A stretch of 64,000 bases of DNA from Candidatus Omnitrophota bacterium (GTDB taxonomy: Bacteria; Omnitrophota; Gorgyraeia; Tantalellales; Tantalellaceae), in NCBI GenBank assembly GCA_015231405.1, contig JADGBR010000001.1, positions 155,964-219,963 of the forward strand, read 5' to 3'. Below the pieces are notes generated by a model that was given only the letters and a program-made list of their open reading frames with translations, was not told the origin of the DNA and made no database searches. Positions 55,517 to 64,000 of this stretch are shown here, one piece after another (position 1 is the first letter of the stretch; every line of letters starts with the position of its first letter). Made by a program: the position numbers and the translations under genes.

Positions 55517-57961
55517 ATGGCTTCTTTCAGTAAATTCACGGAAAGGGCGAGAAAGGTTATTTTGATAGCTAAGGACGAGGCGAAAAAGCTCAACCACGAT
55601 TATATCGGAACAGAGCATATACTTTTGGGCCTCGTTAAGGAAGGAGAGGGGGTCGCCGCTGCTGTTCTCAACAGTCTCGGGCTTGAGCCCGATAATATCC
55701 GGGAGGAAGTCGAAAAGCTCGTGAAGCAGGGGCCTCATCCGATAATGACAGGGGATATCCCGTTCACTCCGAGAGCTAAAAAGGTCATAGAGCTGGCCAT
55801 GGACGAGGCCAGGAACCTCGGGCACAATTACATAGGGACCGAGCATCTCTTACTTGGGCTTATAAGGGAGGGCGAGGGCATCGCCGCCCAGGTCCTTCTG
55901 AACCTTGGGCTTGACGTAAGGAGCGTAAGGGACGAGGTGCTCAATCTCCTTGGTTCGTCCGTTCCGGGATTTTCACCTAACCAGGACGCTAAACGCAAAA
56001 AGAAGACCAAGACACCCGCCCTTGATTCGTTCGGCAGGGATCTCACAGCCATGGCAAAGGAAGAAAAGCTTGATCCGGTCATAGGCCGGGAGAACGAGAT
56101 ACAGCGTGTGATACAGATACTCGGGAGGCGTAAAAAGAACAACCCCGTTCTTATCGGTGAGGCTGGCGTCGGTAAAACCGCAATAGTCGAGGGCCTGGCG
56201 CAGAAGATAATTACCGGCGATGTTCCGGATATCCTCAGGAACAAAAGGCTCCTGATCCTTGACCTGGCTTCCATGATAGCCGGGACAAAGTACCGCGGCC
56301 AGTTCGAGGAAAGGATAAAGGCCGTGATGAAGGAGATAAAGGATTCTTCCGAGGTGATAGTTTTTATTGACGAGATACACACTCTCGTCGGCGCCGGAGG
56401 GGCGGAAGGTGCTATAGACGCTTCGAATATACTTAAACCGTCGCTTCAGCGGGGTGAGATACAGTGCATAGGTGCTACGACGTTCGACGAATATAGGAAG
56501 AACATAGAAAAAGATCCGGCCCTCGAAAGAAGGTTCCAACCCGTGATCGTGGAGGCTCCGTCGGTGGAAGATACTATACAGATACTAATGGGCCTCAGGG
56601 ATAACTATGAGGCCCATCATAAAGTGAAATTTACCGATAAGGCCCTGGAAGCGGCGGCGAAACTTTCGGACAGATATATAACGGCCCGTTTCCAACCCGA
56701 TAAATCCATCGACCTTATCGACGAGGCCGGTTCTAAGGCGCGGCTTTCCACTATGACCATGCCGCCGAATCTTCAGGACGAAGAGAGGAAAATAGAAGAG
56801 TACAAAAGGGAAAAGGAAGAGGCCGTGAAACAGCAGGATTTTGAGAAGGCCGCCCGTTTCAGGGACTTCGAGAGAAAAGCGAAAGAAGAGCTTGAGCAGA
56901 AGCGCCAGGAGTGGAAAAAAGACCAGACTCAGGGCGAGATCCTTGTGGACGAGGAGAATATCGCGACCATAGTTTCTGAATGGACGGGTATCCCTCTTGT
57001 GAAAGTCGAGGAAAAAGAATCGGCGAAATATCTTAAACTGGAAGAGAACCTTAGGGAGAGGGTAGTCGGACAGACGGAGCCGATATCCGCGATAGCCCAT
57101 GCGGTGAGGCGTTCGAGGGCCGGGATAAAGGACCCGAACCGTCCGATAGGGACTTTCATATTCCTGGGACCGACCGGCGTAGGTAAGACGCTTCTGGCGA
57201 AAAAGCTGGCTGAGGTAATATTCGGCGACGAGGACGCTATCATACAGGTCGACATGTCCGAGTATATGGAAAAGTTCAATGTGTCAAAACTTGTTGGTTC
57301 GCCCCCTGGATATGTCGGGTATGAGGAAGGCGGACAGCTTACCGAAAAGGTCAGGCGGAAGCCCTACGCTGTGGTCTTGCTTGATGAAATAGAGAAAGCT
57401 CATCCGGACGTATTTAACATACTCCTACAGCTTCTTGACGAAGGCAGGCTCACGGATTCTTTCGGTCGTAAGGTCAGTTTTAAGCACACTATCCTTATCA
57501 TGACATCTAATATCGGTGCCGATCTAATTAAGAAAGCCGGAGCGATGGGTTTTTCGACCGATAAAAAAGAAGAAGCTAATTACGACACTATGAAGGGGAA
57601 ACTTCTTAACGAGATAAAACAGCATTTCAAACCGGAGTTCCTTAACAGGGTGGATGACGTGATAGTGTTCAGGAGCCTGAACGAGGACGATCTTAAGCAG
57701 ATAGTCGGAATAGAGGTAAGGGAGGTTACTGCTCGGCTGAAAGAGCAGAATATCATTATCGAGCTCGACGCTTCGGCGAAAGATTTCATCATTGAGAAAG
57801 GTTTTGACAGGACTTTCGGGGCGAGGCCGCTAAAAAGAGCCATACAGAGATACCTTGAGAACCCGCTCGCCGAGGAGATATTGGCGGGCGATTTCGGTAA
57901 CGGAGACGTTATCAAGGTCACTTGTTCCAAGAACAAAGATTGCCTGATCTTCAAAAAATAA
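55517..57961 (+). CDS. clpC: ATP-dependent Clp protease ATPase ClpC
   Basis: Duplicated Clp N repeats, two AAA modules, short UVR M-domain, ClpP-docking 'MGF' loop. Confidence 0.96.
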   Translation: MASFSKFTERARKVILIAKDEAKKLNHDYIGTEHILLGLVKEGEGVAAAVLNSLGLEPDNIREEVEKLVKQGPHPIMTGDIPFTPRAKKVIELAMDEARNLGHNYIGTEHLLLGLIREGEGIAAQVLLNLGLDVRSVRDEVLNLLGSSVPGFSPNQDAKRKKKTKTPALDSFGRDLTAMAKEEKLDPVIGRENEIQRVIQILGRRKKNNPVLIGEAGVGKTAIVEGLAQKIITGDVPDILRNKRLLILDLASMIAGTKYRGQFEERIKAVMKEIKDSSEVIVFIDEIHTLVGAGGAEGAIDASNILKPSLQRGEIQCIGATTFDEYRKNIEKDPALERRFQPVIVEAPSVEDTIQILMGLRDNYEAHHKVKFTDKALEAAAKLSDRYITARFQPDKSIDLIDEAGSKARLSTMTMPPNLQDEERKIEEYKREKEEAVKQQDFEKAARFRDFERKAKEELEQKRQEWKKDQTQGEILVDEENIATIVSEWTGIPLVKVEEKESAKYLKLEENLRERVVGQTEPISAIAHAVRRSRAGIKDPNRPIGTFIFLGPTGVGKTLLAKKLAEVIFGDEDAIIQVDMSEYMEKFNVSKLVGSPPGYVGYEEGGQLTEKVRRKPYAVVLLDEIEKAHPDVFNILLQLLDEGRLTDSFGRKVSFKHTILIMTSNIGADLIKKAGAMGFSTDKKEEANYDTMKGKLLNEIKQHFKPEFLNRVDDVIVFRSLNEDDLKQIVGIEVREVTARLKEQNIIIELDASAKDFIIEKGFDRTFGARPLKRAIQRYLENPLAEEILAGDFGNGDVIKVTCSKNKDCLIFKK

Positions 57962-57975
57962 AAAGCAGCGGCTGG

Positions 57976-58779
57976 ATGAGGTTTAAACCGTATATATTCT
58001 TATTGAAACTCTTCGCCCGGTGGCGCAGGGCGGTCAGGAGGGCGTTCCTTCACATAGGGGGCCTCATCCTATTGTTCTCGGGCACCCTGTACTGGATGGT
58101 GCGGCCTCCTTTCAGGAAGTTCCACGTCCTTGAACAGATGAGGGACATGGGGGTAGCCTCGTTCCCGATAGTGTTCCTTATCAGCCTTTTCACCGGAATA
58201 GTTCTGGCGCTCCAGAGCGCTTACCAGATGCAGAAACTGTCGGCCGAGATGTACATAGCCTCTCTGGTAAGCCTATCGCTTGTCAGGGAGCTGGGGCCGG
58301 TGCTTACAGCGCTCATTGTGGCCGGTAGATGCGGGGCGGCGATAACAGCCGAGCTCGGGACCATGAAGGTCACCGAGCAGATAGACGCGCTTGAGACGCT
58401 TTCGACCAATCCGATAAATTATCTTGTGGTACCGAGGTTCGTTGCGCTTATCGTGATGCTGCCGATCCTTACCATTTACGCCGATTTCTTCGGAATTATC
58501 GGCGGATATCTGATAGGTGTCGGCAAGCTTGACATATCGCATTCTATGTATCTTAAGATGACATTCGATCCCATGCAGGTCAAGGACGTCATCACCGGGT
58601 GCATTAAAAGTATCTCTTTCGCGACGGTGATATGCATGATCTCCTGTTTCGAAGGGATGAATTCCGAAGGAGGCGCGGAAGGGGTCGGTAAAGCTACCAC
58701 GTCGAGTGTTGTCAGGAGCTTTATAATGATCATAGTCGTTGATTGTTTCTTCACGGCCCTTTTCTATTTCATGAAATGA
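57976..58779 (+). CDS. mlaE: MlaE-type ABC permease
   Basis: 'RELGPVLTALIVAGR', 'ELGTMKVTEQIDAL', 'GGAEGVGKATT'. Confidence 0.92.
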   Translation: MRFKPYIFLLKLFARWRRAVRRAFLHIGGLILLFSGTLYWMVRPPFRKFHVLEQMRDMGVASFPIVFLISLFTGIVLALQSAYQMQKLSAEMYIASLVSLSLVRELGPVLTALIVAGRCGAAITAELGTMKVTEQIDALETLSTNPINYLVVPRFVALIVMLPILTIYADFFGIIGGYLIGVGKLDISHSMYLKMTFDPMQVKDVITGCIKSISFATVICMISCFEGMNSEGGAEGVGKATTSSVVRSFIMIIVVDCFFTALFYFMK

Positions 58780-59531
58780 TAGAGCTTAAGAACGTAAATA
58801 AGTCATATAACGGCATCGCGATCCTGAAGGATCTTTCCATGGAGATAAAAGAGGGAGAGTCCCTTGTCATAATCGGCAGATCGGGCTGCGGTAAGAGCGT
58901 TCTGCTTAAACATATCATAGGCCTTTTGAGGCCCGATTCGGGCAGCGTTATCATAGACGGTACGGATATAACAAAATGCTCCTCGCAGGAGCTCAGCGAG
59001 GTCAGGAAAGATTTTGGAATGCTGTTCCAGGGTGCGGCCCTGTTCGACTCGCTGACCGTTCTCGAGAACGTGGGATTCCAGCTTATGGAACATACCGACA
59101 TGGATTTCAGGGACATTGAAAAAAGGGTTGAAGAGTGTCTTGCCCTCGTGGGCTTAAAAGGCATAGAAAGGCTAAAGCCCGCCGAACTTTCCGGTGGCAT
59201 GCGGAAAAGGGTAGGGCTCGCCAGGGCCATTTGCATGAACCCGAAAATAGTCCTGTTTGACGAACCGACCACCGGTATAGATCCGATCATGGGTGATATC
59301 ATAAATAACCTTATAAGACACCTTCACCACGAGCTTAAAGTGACCTTTATAACGGTCACCCACGATATGAAAAGCGCCTATAAGATCGCTGACAGGATAT
59401 GCATGTTCTATGATAAAAAACTTATTTCGGTAGGAACCCCCGCTGAAACGATGGATTCAAGTAATGAGATAGTCAGGCAGTTCGTAAGGGGCGAGGCGGA
59501 CGGACCGTTGACTATCGGCCAGGAGAAATAA
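58776..59531 (+). CDS. mlaF: MlaF-type ABC ATPase
   Basis: GRSGCGKS, 'GMLFQGAALFDSL', 'LSGGMRKRVGLARA'. Confidence 0.92.
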   Translation: MIELKNVNKSYNGIAILKDLSMEIKEGESLVIIGRSGCGKSVLLKHIIGLLRPDSGSVIIDGTDITKCSSQELSEVRKDFGMLFQGAALFDSLTVLENVGFQLMEHTDMDFRDIEKRVEECLALVGLKGIERLKPAELSGGMRKRVGLARAICMNPKIVLFDEPTTGIDPIMGDIINNLIRHLHHELKVTFITVTHDMKSAYKIADRICMFYDKKLISVGTPAETMDSSNEIVRQFVRGEADGPLTIGQEK

Positions 59532-59588
59532 TTTTCGATTTATGAAAGACCGCAGCGCGTGCATCGCATAGCGGAAAAGGAGATGAAG

Positions 59589-60416
59589 ATGTATAGGGAC
59601 GAAAAACTCGAGATGAAGGTCGGGCTATTTATGGGTCTGGGGCTTTTTGTGATGTTCCTGATAGTGTTCTCCATAAAGGATATCTCTTTTATGGGTGACG
59701 GGTACGAGTTTGATCTCGTTTTCAGTTTTATTAATGGGATAAAAACAAGTTCTCCGGTAAGGCTTGCCGGCGTTGATGTCGGGGAGGTAAAAAAGACCGA
59801 TCTGTACTACGATGAGGCAAAAGGCAAAACACAGGTCAAACTCAGGTTGTGGATAAGGAACGGGACAAAGATAGAGAAAGACGCGGATTTCAGGGTCAAC
59901 ACCCTGGGACTTCTTGGAGAGCGCTATGTCGAGGTCTCACCGGGCGCATCGAAAGATTTCTTGGGAGCCGGCGATATAGTGAGCGGTAAAGATCCGCTCA
60001 ATATCGGAGAGCAGATGGAAAAGATGAACGGGGTTATCATATCGATGTCGGAAATAATTTCACATATCCAGAAGGGAGAAGGTTCCCTCGGAAAGATGAT
60101 AATGGACGATTCATTTTACGGGAAAATGGACGCCATTGCGGACAGACTCGAAAAAGGGGAGGGGACGATAGGGAAACTCCTGAAAGACGACGGGCTGTAC
60201 AACGATCTAAGGACTATTGTCGGTAAGATAAAAGGGGGTGAAGGGACTATTGGCAAATTATTGACCGACGACAAGTTGTACAACGACGCCGACGCCATGA
60301 TACAGGAGATAAAGGCTAATCCCTGGAAGCTTCTTCATAAGACCAAGGAGCCGGATAAGGCAAAACCTGAGGCGGCAGATAAATCAGCCTCCCGGGGGCG
60401 GAACTTCGTGAAATGA
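59589..60416 (+). CDS. mlaD: MlaD/MCE family protein
   Basis: N-terminal TM, 'SPVRLAGVDVGEV', 'GLLGERYV', three GEGT/SxGK repeats. Confidence 0.9.
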   Translation: MYRDEKLEMKVGLFMGLGLFVMFLIVFSIKDISFMGDGYEFDLVFSFINGIKTSSPVRLAGVDVGEVKKTDLYYDEAKGKTQVKLRLWIRNGTKIEKDADFRVNTLGLLGERYVEVSPGASKDFLGAGDIVSGKDPLNIGEQMEKMNGVIISMSEIISHIQKGEGSLGKMIMDDSFYGKMDAIADRLEKGEGTIGKLLKDDGLYNDLRTIVGKIKGGEGTIGKLLTDDKLYNDADAMIQEIKANPWKLLHKTKEPDKAKPEAADKSASRGRNFVK

Positions 60417-60493
60417 TATCCGCGCGGCCGCTCCGGGCTTGAATCCCCGGCATATGGTCCATTTATCAAATTTATAAAAAAAAGGAGACTAAG

Positions 60494-61921
60494 GTGCTTA
60501 CTATAAGATATATAAGAGCGTTTTTCTTCATGTTATCGATAGTGTGCGGGTACTATGTCGGTACCTATTTCCAGCATTATAGCGATATCGCTTCTCTCTT
60601 CGGGCTGGGGATCGGCGCTATATTCGCCGTGAGCCTTATGTTCGTCGAGGCAAAAATGCGGAACGTATCGCTCCGGAACCTTTCGGCAGGGGTTTTCGGC
60701 CTTATTTTCGGGTTTTTCATAGCATGGATGCTGACCTTGATCGTCAAGATCGTGCCCATGAACGATCTATATTACAACATCGCTCAGATAGTCTTCACGC
60801 TGGTTTTCTGCTATCTCGGGATGGTCATAGCGATCAAGGGGAAGGATGAGTTCAACCTGATAATCCCTTATGTCCGTTTTTCACCTCAGGACCAGGGATC
60901 ACAGATCTTTCTCATCGATACCAGCGTCATTATAGACGGGCGTATCAACGGGATTTGCGAATCCGGTTTCTTGAGCGGCAAACTGCTGGTCCCTCGTTTT
61001 GTTCTTCAGGAACTCCAGAATATAGCAGATCATACCGACGAGACCAAGAGGATAAGGGGACGTCGTGGGCTTGATGTGCTGAACCAGATGAGGAAGATAA
61101 CGGGTGTGGAAGTGATAGTGCATGACGAGAATTTTCCTGATACTCCGGAAGTTGACGCTAAGCTGCTCAAACTGGCAAGGGTCATAGGTTGTAAAGTGCT
61201 CACGAATGATTACAACCTCAACAAGATAGCCAAGCTCGAAGGCGTGACAGTGCTTAACATTAACGAGCTGGCGAACGCTATGCGCATCGTTATCTCGCCC
61301 GGAGACAAAATGCTCGCCGCGATACGTAAAGAAGGAAAGGAGAGGAACCAGGGCGTTGCGTTCCTTGACGACGGAACAATGATAGTGGTGGACAACGCCA
61401 GAAAATTCATAGGTAAGGACGTTCCAGTTAACGTAACAAGCGTCCTCCAGACATCGGCGGGACGGATGATATTCGCGGAATTGTCCGACAGGAACGGTAG
61501 GACCGAACAGCCGGTCAAAGGTCCCGAGGAGCAAAGGCGAGAGTCAACCCAGCCGCGTGAGAGGAGGTTCGAGGAAAAGCGACCAAAAGAAGAAGGCCAA
61601 AGGCCCAGGGAAGAAGGCCAAAGGCCCAGGGAAGAAGGCCAAAGGCCGAGGACGGACGACGGACAGAAAAGGTCAGAAGAACACAGACAGAGGTCTGAGG
61701 AGAACAGGCAGAGGTCTGAGGAGAACAGGCGCCGCCACGAAGAGCATAGGCGCAGGCAGGAAGAGCATCGTAGACGAATAGAGGAACAGAGAATGAAAGC
61801 CCAGGAGCATCAACCGAAGACCGATGAAGTGCCGAGTGATGTTCTACCGGGAGAAATTGTCGAGGGCCCGGACGTAAAGAGTGAGAACCTGCGGGGTGAT
61901 GAGGCCAAGAACGAAGGGTAA
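60494..61921 (+). CDS. yacL: YacL-like membrane PIN/TRAM protein with long charged C-terminal extension
   Basis: 4 TMs, PIN 'DTSVIIDGRI..RGRRGLD..TNDYNLNK', TRAM 'GKERNQGVAFLDDGTMIVV..LQTSAGRMIFA', then about 145 aa E/R/Q-rich tail. Confidence 0.88.
   Translation: MLTIRYIRAFFFMLSIVCGYYVGTYFQHYSDIASLFGLGIGAIFAVSLMFVEAKMRNVSLRNLSAGVFGLIFGFFIAWMLTLIVKIVPMNDLYYNIAQIVFTLVFCYLGMVIAIKGKDEFNLIIPYVRFSPQDQGSQIFLIDTSVIIDGRINGICESGFLSGKLLVPRFVLQELQNIADHTDETKRIRGRRGLDVLNQMRKITGVEVIVHDENFPDTPEVDAKLLKLARVIGCKVLTNDYNLNKIAKLEGVTVLNINELANAMRIVISPGDKMLAAIRKEGKERNQGVAFLDDGTMIVVDNARKFIGKDVPVNVTSVLQTSAGRMIFAELSDRNGRTEQPVKGPEEQRRESTQPRERRFEEKRPKEEGQRPREEGQRPREEGQRPRTDDGQKRSEEHRQRSEENRQRSEENRRRHEEHRRRQEEHRRRIEEQRMKAQEHQPKTDEVPSDVLPGEIVEGPDVKSENLRGDEAKNEG
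61589..61790 (+). repeat. In-frame 21-bp tandem repeats in yacL tail
   Basis: GAAGAAGGCCAAAGGCCCAGG x3 (EEGQRPR, 61589-61651); CAGAGGTCTGAGGAGAACAGG x2 plus degenerate units (QRSEENR). Confidence 0.9.
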
Positions 61922-61977
61922 CTTGTGTGGTTCGTGATTCGTGGTTCGGTTGAATAGGCCAAGAGGGGAAAAAGAGG

Positions 61978-62490
61978 ATGGACATACGAGTAGGAATGGG
62001 GTACGACATTCACCGGCTCGTCGAAGGGCGAAAGTTTATCCTTGGCGGTGTTGATATCCCTTATCATATGGGTCTTCTCGGCCATTCGGATGCGGATGTT
62101 CTACTGCACGCGGTAATAGACGCTATACTTGGAGCCATGGGTGAACCGGATATCGGCACGAATTTCCCGGATAAAGATCCCGCGTATAAAGGGATATCAA
62201 GCAAAGTCCTATTGGATGAGGTAAAAAAGATAATGCACGCCAAGGGTTTTAAAGTTAATAATCTGGATTGTATCATCGTGACCGAAGAGCCCAAGATAGG
62301 CCCGTACAGGGGAGAGATAATCGGGACAATAAGTTCTATCCTGGAGATCCCGTCATCTTCGGTCAACGTCAAATCAAAAACTAACGAGGAGCTTGGCCCG
62401 GTCGGTCAAAAAGAAGCGGTCGTTTCTTACGCGGTCGTTACGATCGTAAAAAATACTATGACCCGTCCCAGATCCGGAGGTAAGAAATGA
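61978..62490 (+). CDS. ispF: 2-C-methyl-D-erythritol 2,4-cyclodiphosphate synthase
   Basis: 'RVGMGYDIH', 'GHSDADVLLHA', 'DIGTNFP'. Confidence 0.96.
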   Translation: MDIRVGMGYDIHRLVEGRKFILGGVDIPYHMGLLGHSDADVLLHAVIDAILGAMGEPDIGTNFPDKDPAYKGISSKVLLDEVKKIMHAKGFKVNNLDCIIVTEEPKIGPYRGEIIGTISSILEIPSSSVNVKSKTNEELGPVGQKEAVVSYAVVTIVKNTMTRPRSGGKK

Positions 62491-63185
62491 GTTTATTAAC
62501 GGGGCTTATATTCCTTGCGGCGGTATTCTTTGCCGCCATTTTATTGCTTTTCAAGGACGATATTAAAGCCATCAGGGAGCGTGACCCGGCGGCGACAAGC
62601 CACGCCGAGATCGTGATCACATATTCCGGTCTTCATGCGATGGTCTTTTACCGGATCGCGCATGTTCTCCTTGATATGAAAATACCGTTTTTTCCCAGGT
62701 ATCTTTCTCAGTTCGCGAGATGGCTTACCGGCATAGAGATCCACCCGGGAGCAAGTATCGGTAAGGGTTTTTTTATAGACCACGGTATGGGTGTGGTGAT
62801 AGGTGAAACCGCCGTAATAGGCGATAACGTGACATTGTTCCAGGGCGTCACCCTTGGCGGCACGGGAAAGGAACGCGGTAAGCGTCATCCCACTTTAGGT
62901 AACGACGTCGTAGTCGGAGCGGGTGCGAAGGTCCTCGGGAACATAGTGATCGGGAATAACGTTATTATCGGGGCTAACGCGGTCGTTATCCGCGAGGTGC
63001 CGGATAATTCCACAGTCGTTGGAGTTCCGGGGAGGATCGCAAGGAAAGAAGGGAAACGAATGCCGACCGGGATAAATCTGGACCATACATCATTGCCGGA
63101 CCCTTTGCAGCAGGCGCTTGAGAAACTTCAGAAAGAGATAGACCATATCGAGGGTGAGCTTAAGGAATATCATGATAAGAAGTGA
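62487..63185 (+). CDS. cysE: Serine O-acetyltransferase with hydrophobic N-terminal extension
   Basis: 'ERDPAA', 'TGIEIHPGA', 'FIDHGMGVVIGETA', 'TLGGTGK..KRHPT'. Confidence 0.94.
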   Translation: MSLLTGLIFLAAVFFAAILLLFKDDIKAIRERDPAATSHAEIVITYSGLHAMVFYRIAHVLLDMKIPFFPRYLSQFARWLTGIEIHPGASIGKGFFIDHGMGVVIGETAVIGDNVTLFQGVTLGGTGKERGKRHPTLGNDVVVGAGAKVLGNIVIGNNVIIGANAVVIREVPDNSTVVGVPGRIARKEGKRMPTGINLDHTSLPDPLQQALEKLQKEIDHIEGELKEYHDKK

Positions 63186-63265
63186 GGGGGCTCCCAGGGA
63201 ACGTTGGACGTAGGACGTTAAAGAGCCACAGCTAACGTCCTGAGTTTATTAACGGTTAACCGGAT

Positions 63266-64000
63266 ATGTTAAAAATATACAATACACTGACGCGTAAGAA
63301 AGAAGAATTCATACCACTTAACAAGGGCAGGGTCTCGATATACCTTTGCGGGCCTACCGTTTATGATCTTCCCCATATCGGGCATGCCCGCAGCGCTTTT
63401 GTTTTCGAACTGTTGAGGAGATATTTCGCATACTCGGGTTATAAAGTCCATTTCGTTCGGAATGTGACCGACGTGGATGATAAGATCATAAAGAGGGCTA
63501 AGGATGACCTTATATCCGAAGGAGCCCGGCCCGACGGTGACGTCCTGAAGAAGAAAGTAGCGGATGTGTCTTCCCGTTACCTTGAGGAATATCATAAAGC
63601 CATGGATATGCTTGGAGTGGCCAAGCCGGACGACGAGCCCAGGGCCACTCTGAACATACCACAGATGATAAAGTTCATAGAAGAACTTGTCGGGAAAGGC
63701 AGCGCTTATGTGGCGGACGGGAGCGTATACTTCGACGTAGACAGCTATAACGGATACGGGGAGCTTTCCGGCCAGGACAAAAAAGAGATGCTCAGCAATG
63801 TCAGGATAGAGCCCGATAAGAATAAGAAGGCCCCGCTTGATTTTGCGCTCTGGAAGAAGGTGAAAGAGTCCGAGCCCTACTGGCAGAGCCCGTGGGGAAA
63901 CGGAAGGCCGGGATGGCATATCGAATGTTCCGTTATGAGTACCGGGATATTCGGAACGGAATTCGACATCCATGGAGGAGGGCTGGACCTGATCTTTCCG
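63266..64000 (+). CDS. cysS: Cysteinyl-tRNA synthetase (3' truncated by window)
   Basis: MLKIYNTLTRKKEEF, 'CGPTVYD..HIGHAR', 'NVTDVDDKII', 'DFALWK', 'GRPGWHIECS', 'DIHGGGLDLIFP'. Confidence 0.97.
   Translation, partial: MLKIYNTLTRKKEEFIPLNKGRVSIYLCGPTVYDLPHIGHARSAFVFELLRRYFAYSGYKVHFVRNVTDVDDKIIKRAKDDLISEGARPDGDVLKKKVADVSSRYLEEYHKAMDMLGVAKPDDEPRATLNIPQMIKFIEELVGKGSAYVADGSVYFDVDSYNGYGELSGQDKKEMLSNVRIEPDKNKKAPLDFALWKKVKESEPYWQSPWGNGRPGWHIECSVMSTGIFGTEFDIHGGGLDLIFP

Noticed and set aside
9304-57961. Nucleotide similarity between clpB and clpC as a recent duplication
   Set aside because: Ordinary paralogy: distinct M-domains, and the ClpP-binding loop is present only in ClpC.
60075-60260. Threefold GEGT/SxGK repeat in MlaD
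   Set aside because: Common feature of MCE proteins with helical extensions; not unusual.

Overview
A 64-kb bacterial chromosomal segment, almost entirely coded on the + strand. The organism is a diderm (lptF/G, lolCDE, mlaEFD) that also has a Bacillus-like mcsA-mcsB-clpC...yacL-ispF-cysE-cysS cluster. The gene mix and the giant secreted protein suggest Ca. Omnitrophota (OP3); this is inference, not tested. Most genes are housekeeping: pgi, Lon-like protease, clpB-dnaJ-arsR, dusB-maf-radical SAM, polX-ligA, lysS and ilvE. Two things stand out. (1) A 4144-aa protein with a signal peptide carries a TraB/TIKI/ChaN-like N-domain, six tandem MoxR/midasin-type AAA+ modules alternating Walker-A-less and Walker-A-bearing, an HExxH/EDxR domain, an acidic Pro/Gly linker and a VWA-like domain. 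This is a midasin-like architecture in an apparently exported bacterial protein. (2) Three of the four minus-strand transcription units (comF, comM, spoVG-yraN), spread over 41 kb, share the upstream motif TTTTTTGAAA(C/T)ATTTT-N10-TGTGTCT with identical spacing. It looks like an ECF-sigma promoter defining a natural-transformation regulon. yraN has no canonical start codon and lies in frame directly after the spoVG TGA. Also present: a palindromic operator at clpB, several predicted leaderless mRNAs, a TPR gene bounded by 77-bp direct repeats, REPIN- and IS605-end-like elements, heptamer hairpin repeats and an RND/PG0541 pseudogene scar. No rRNA, tRNA, CRISPR array or intact transposase was seen. 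All calls come from motif recognition by eye, without database searches.
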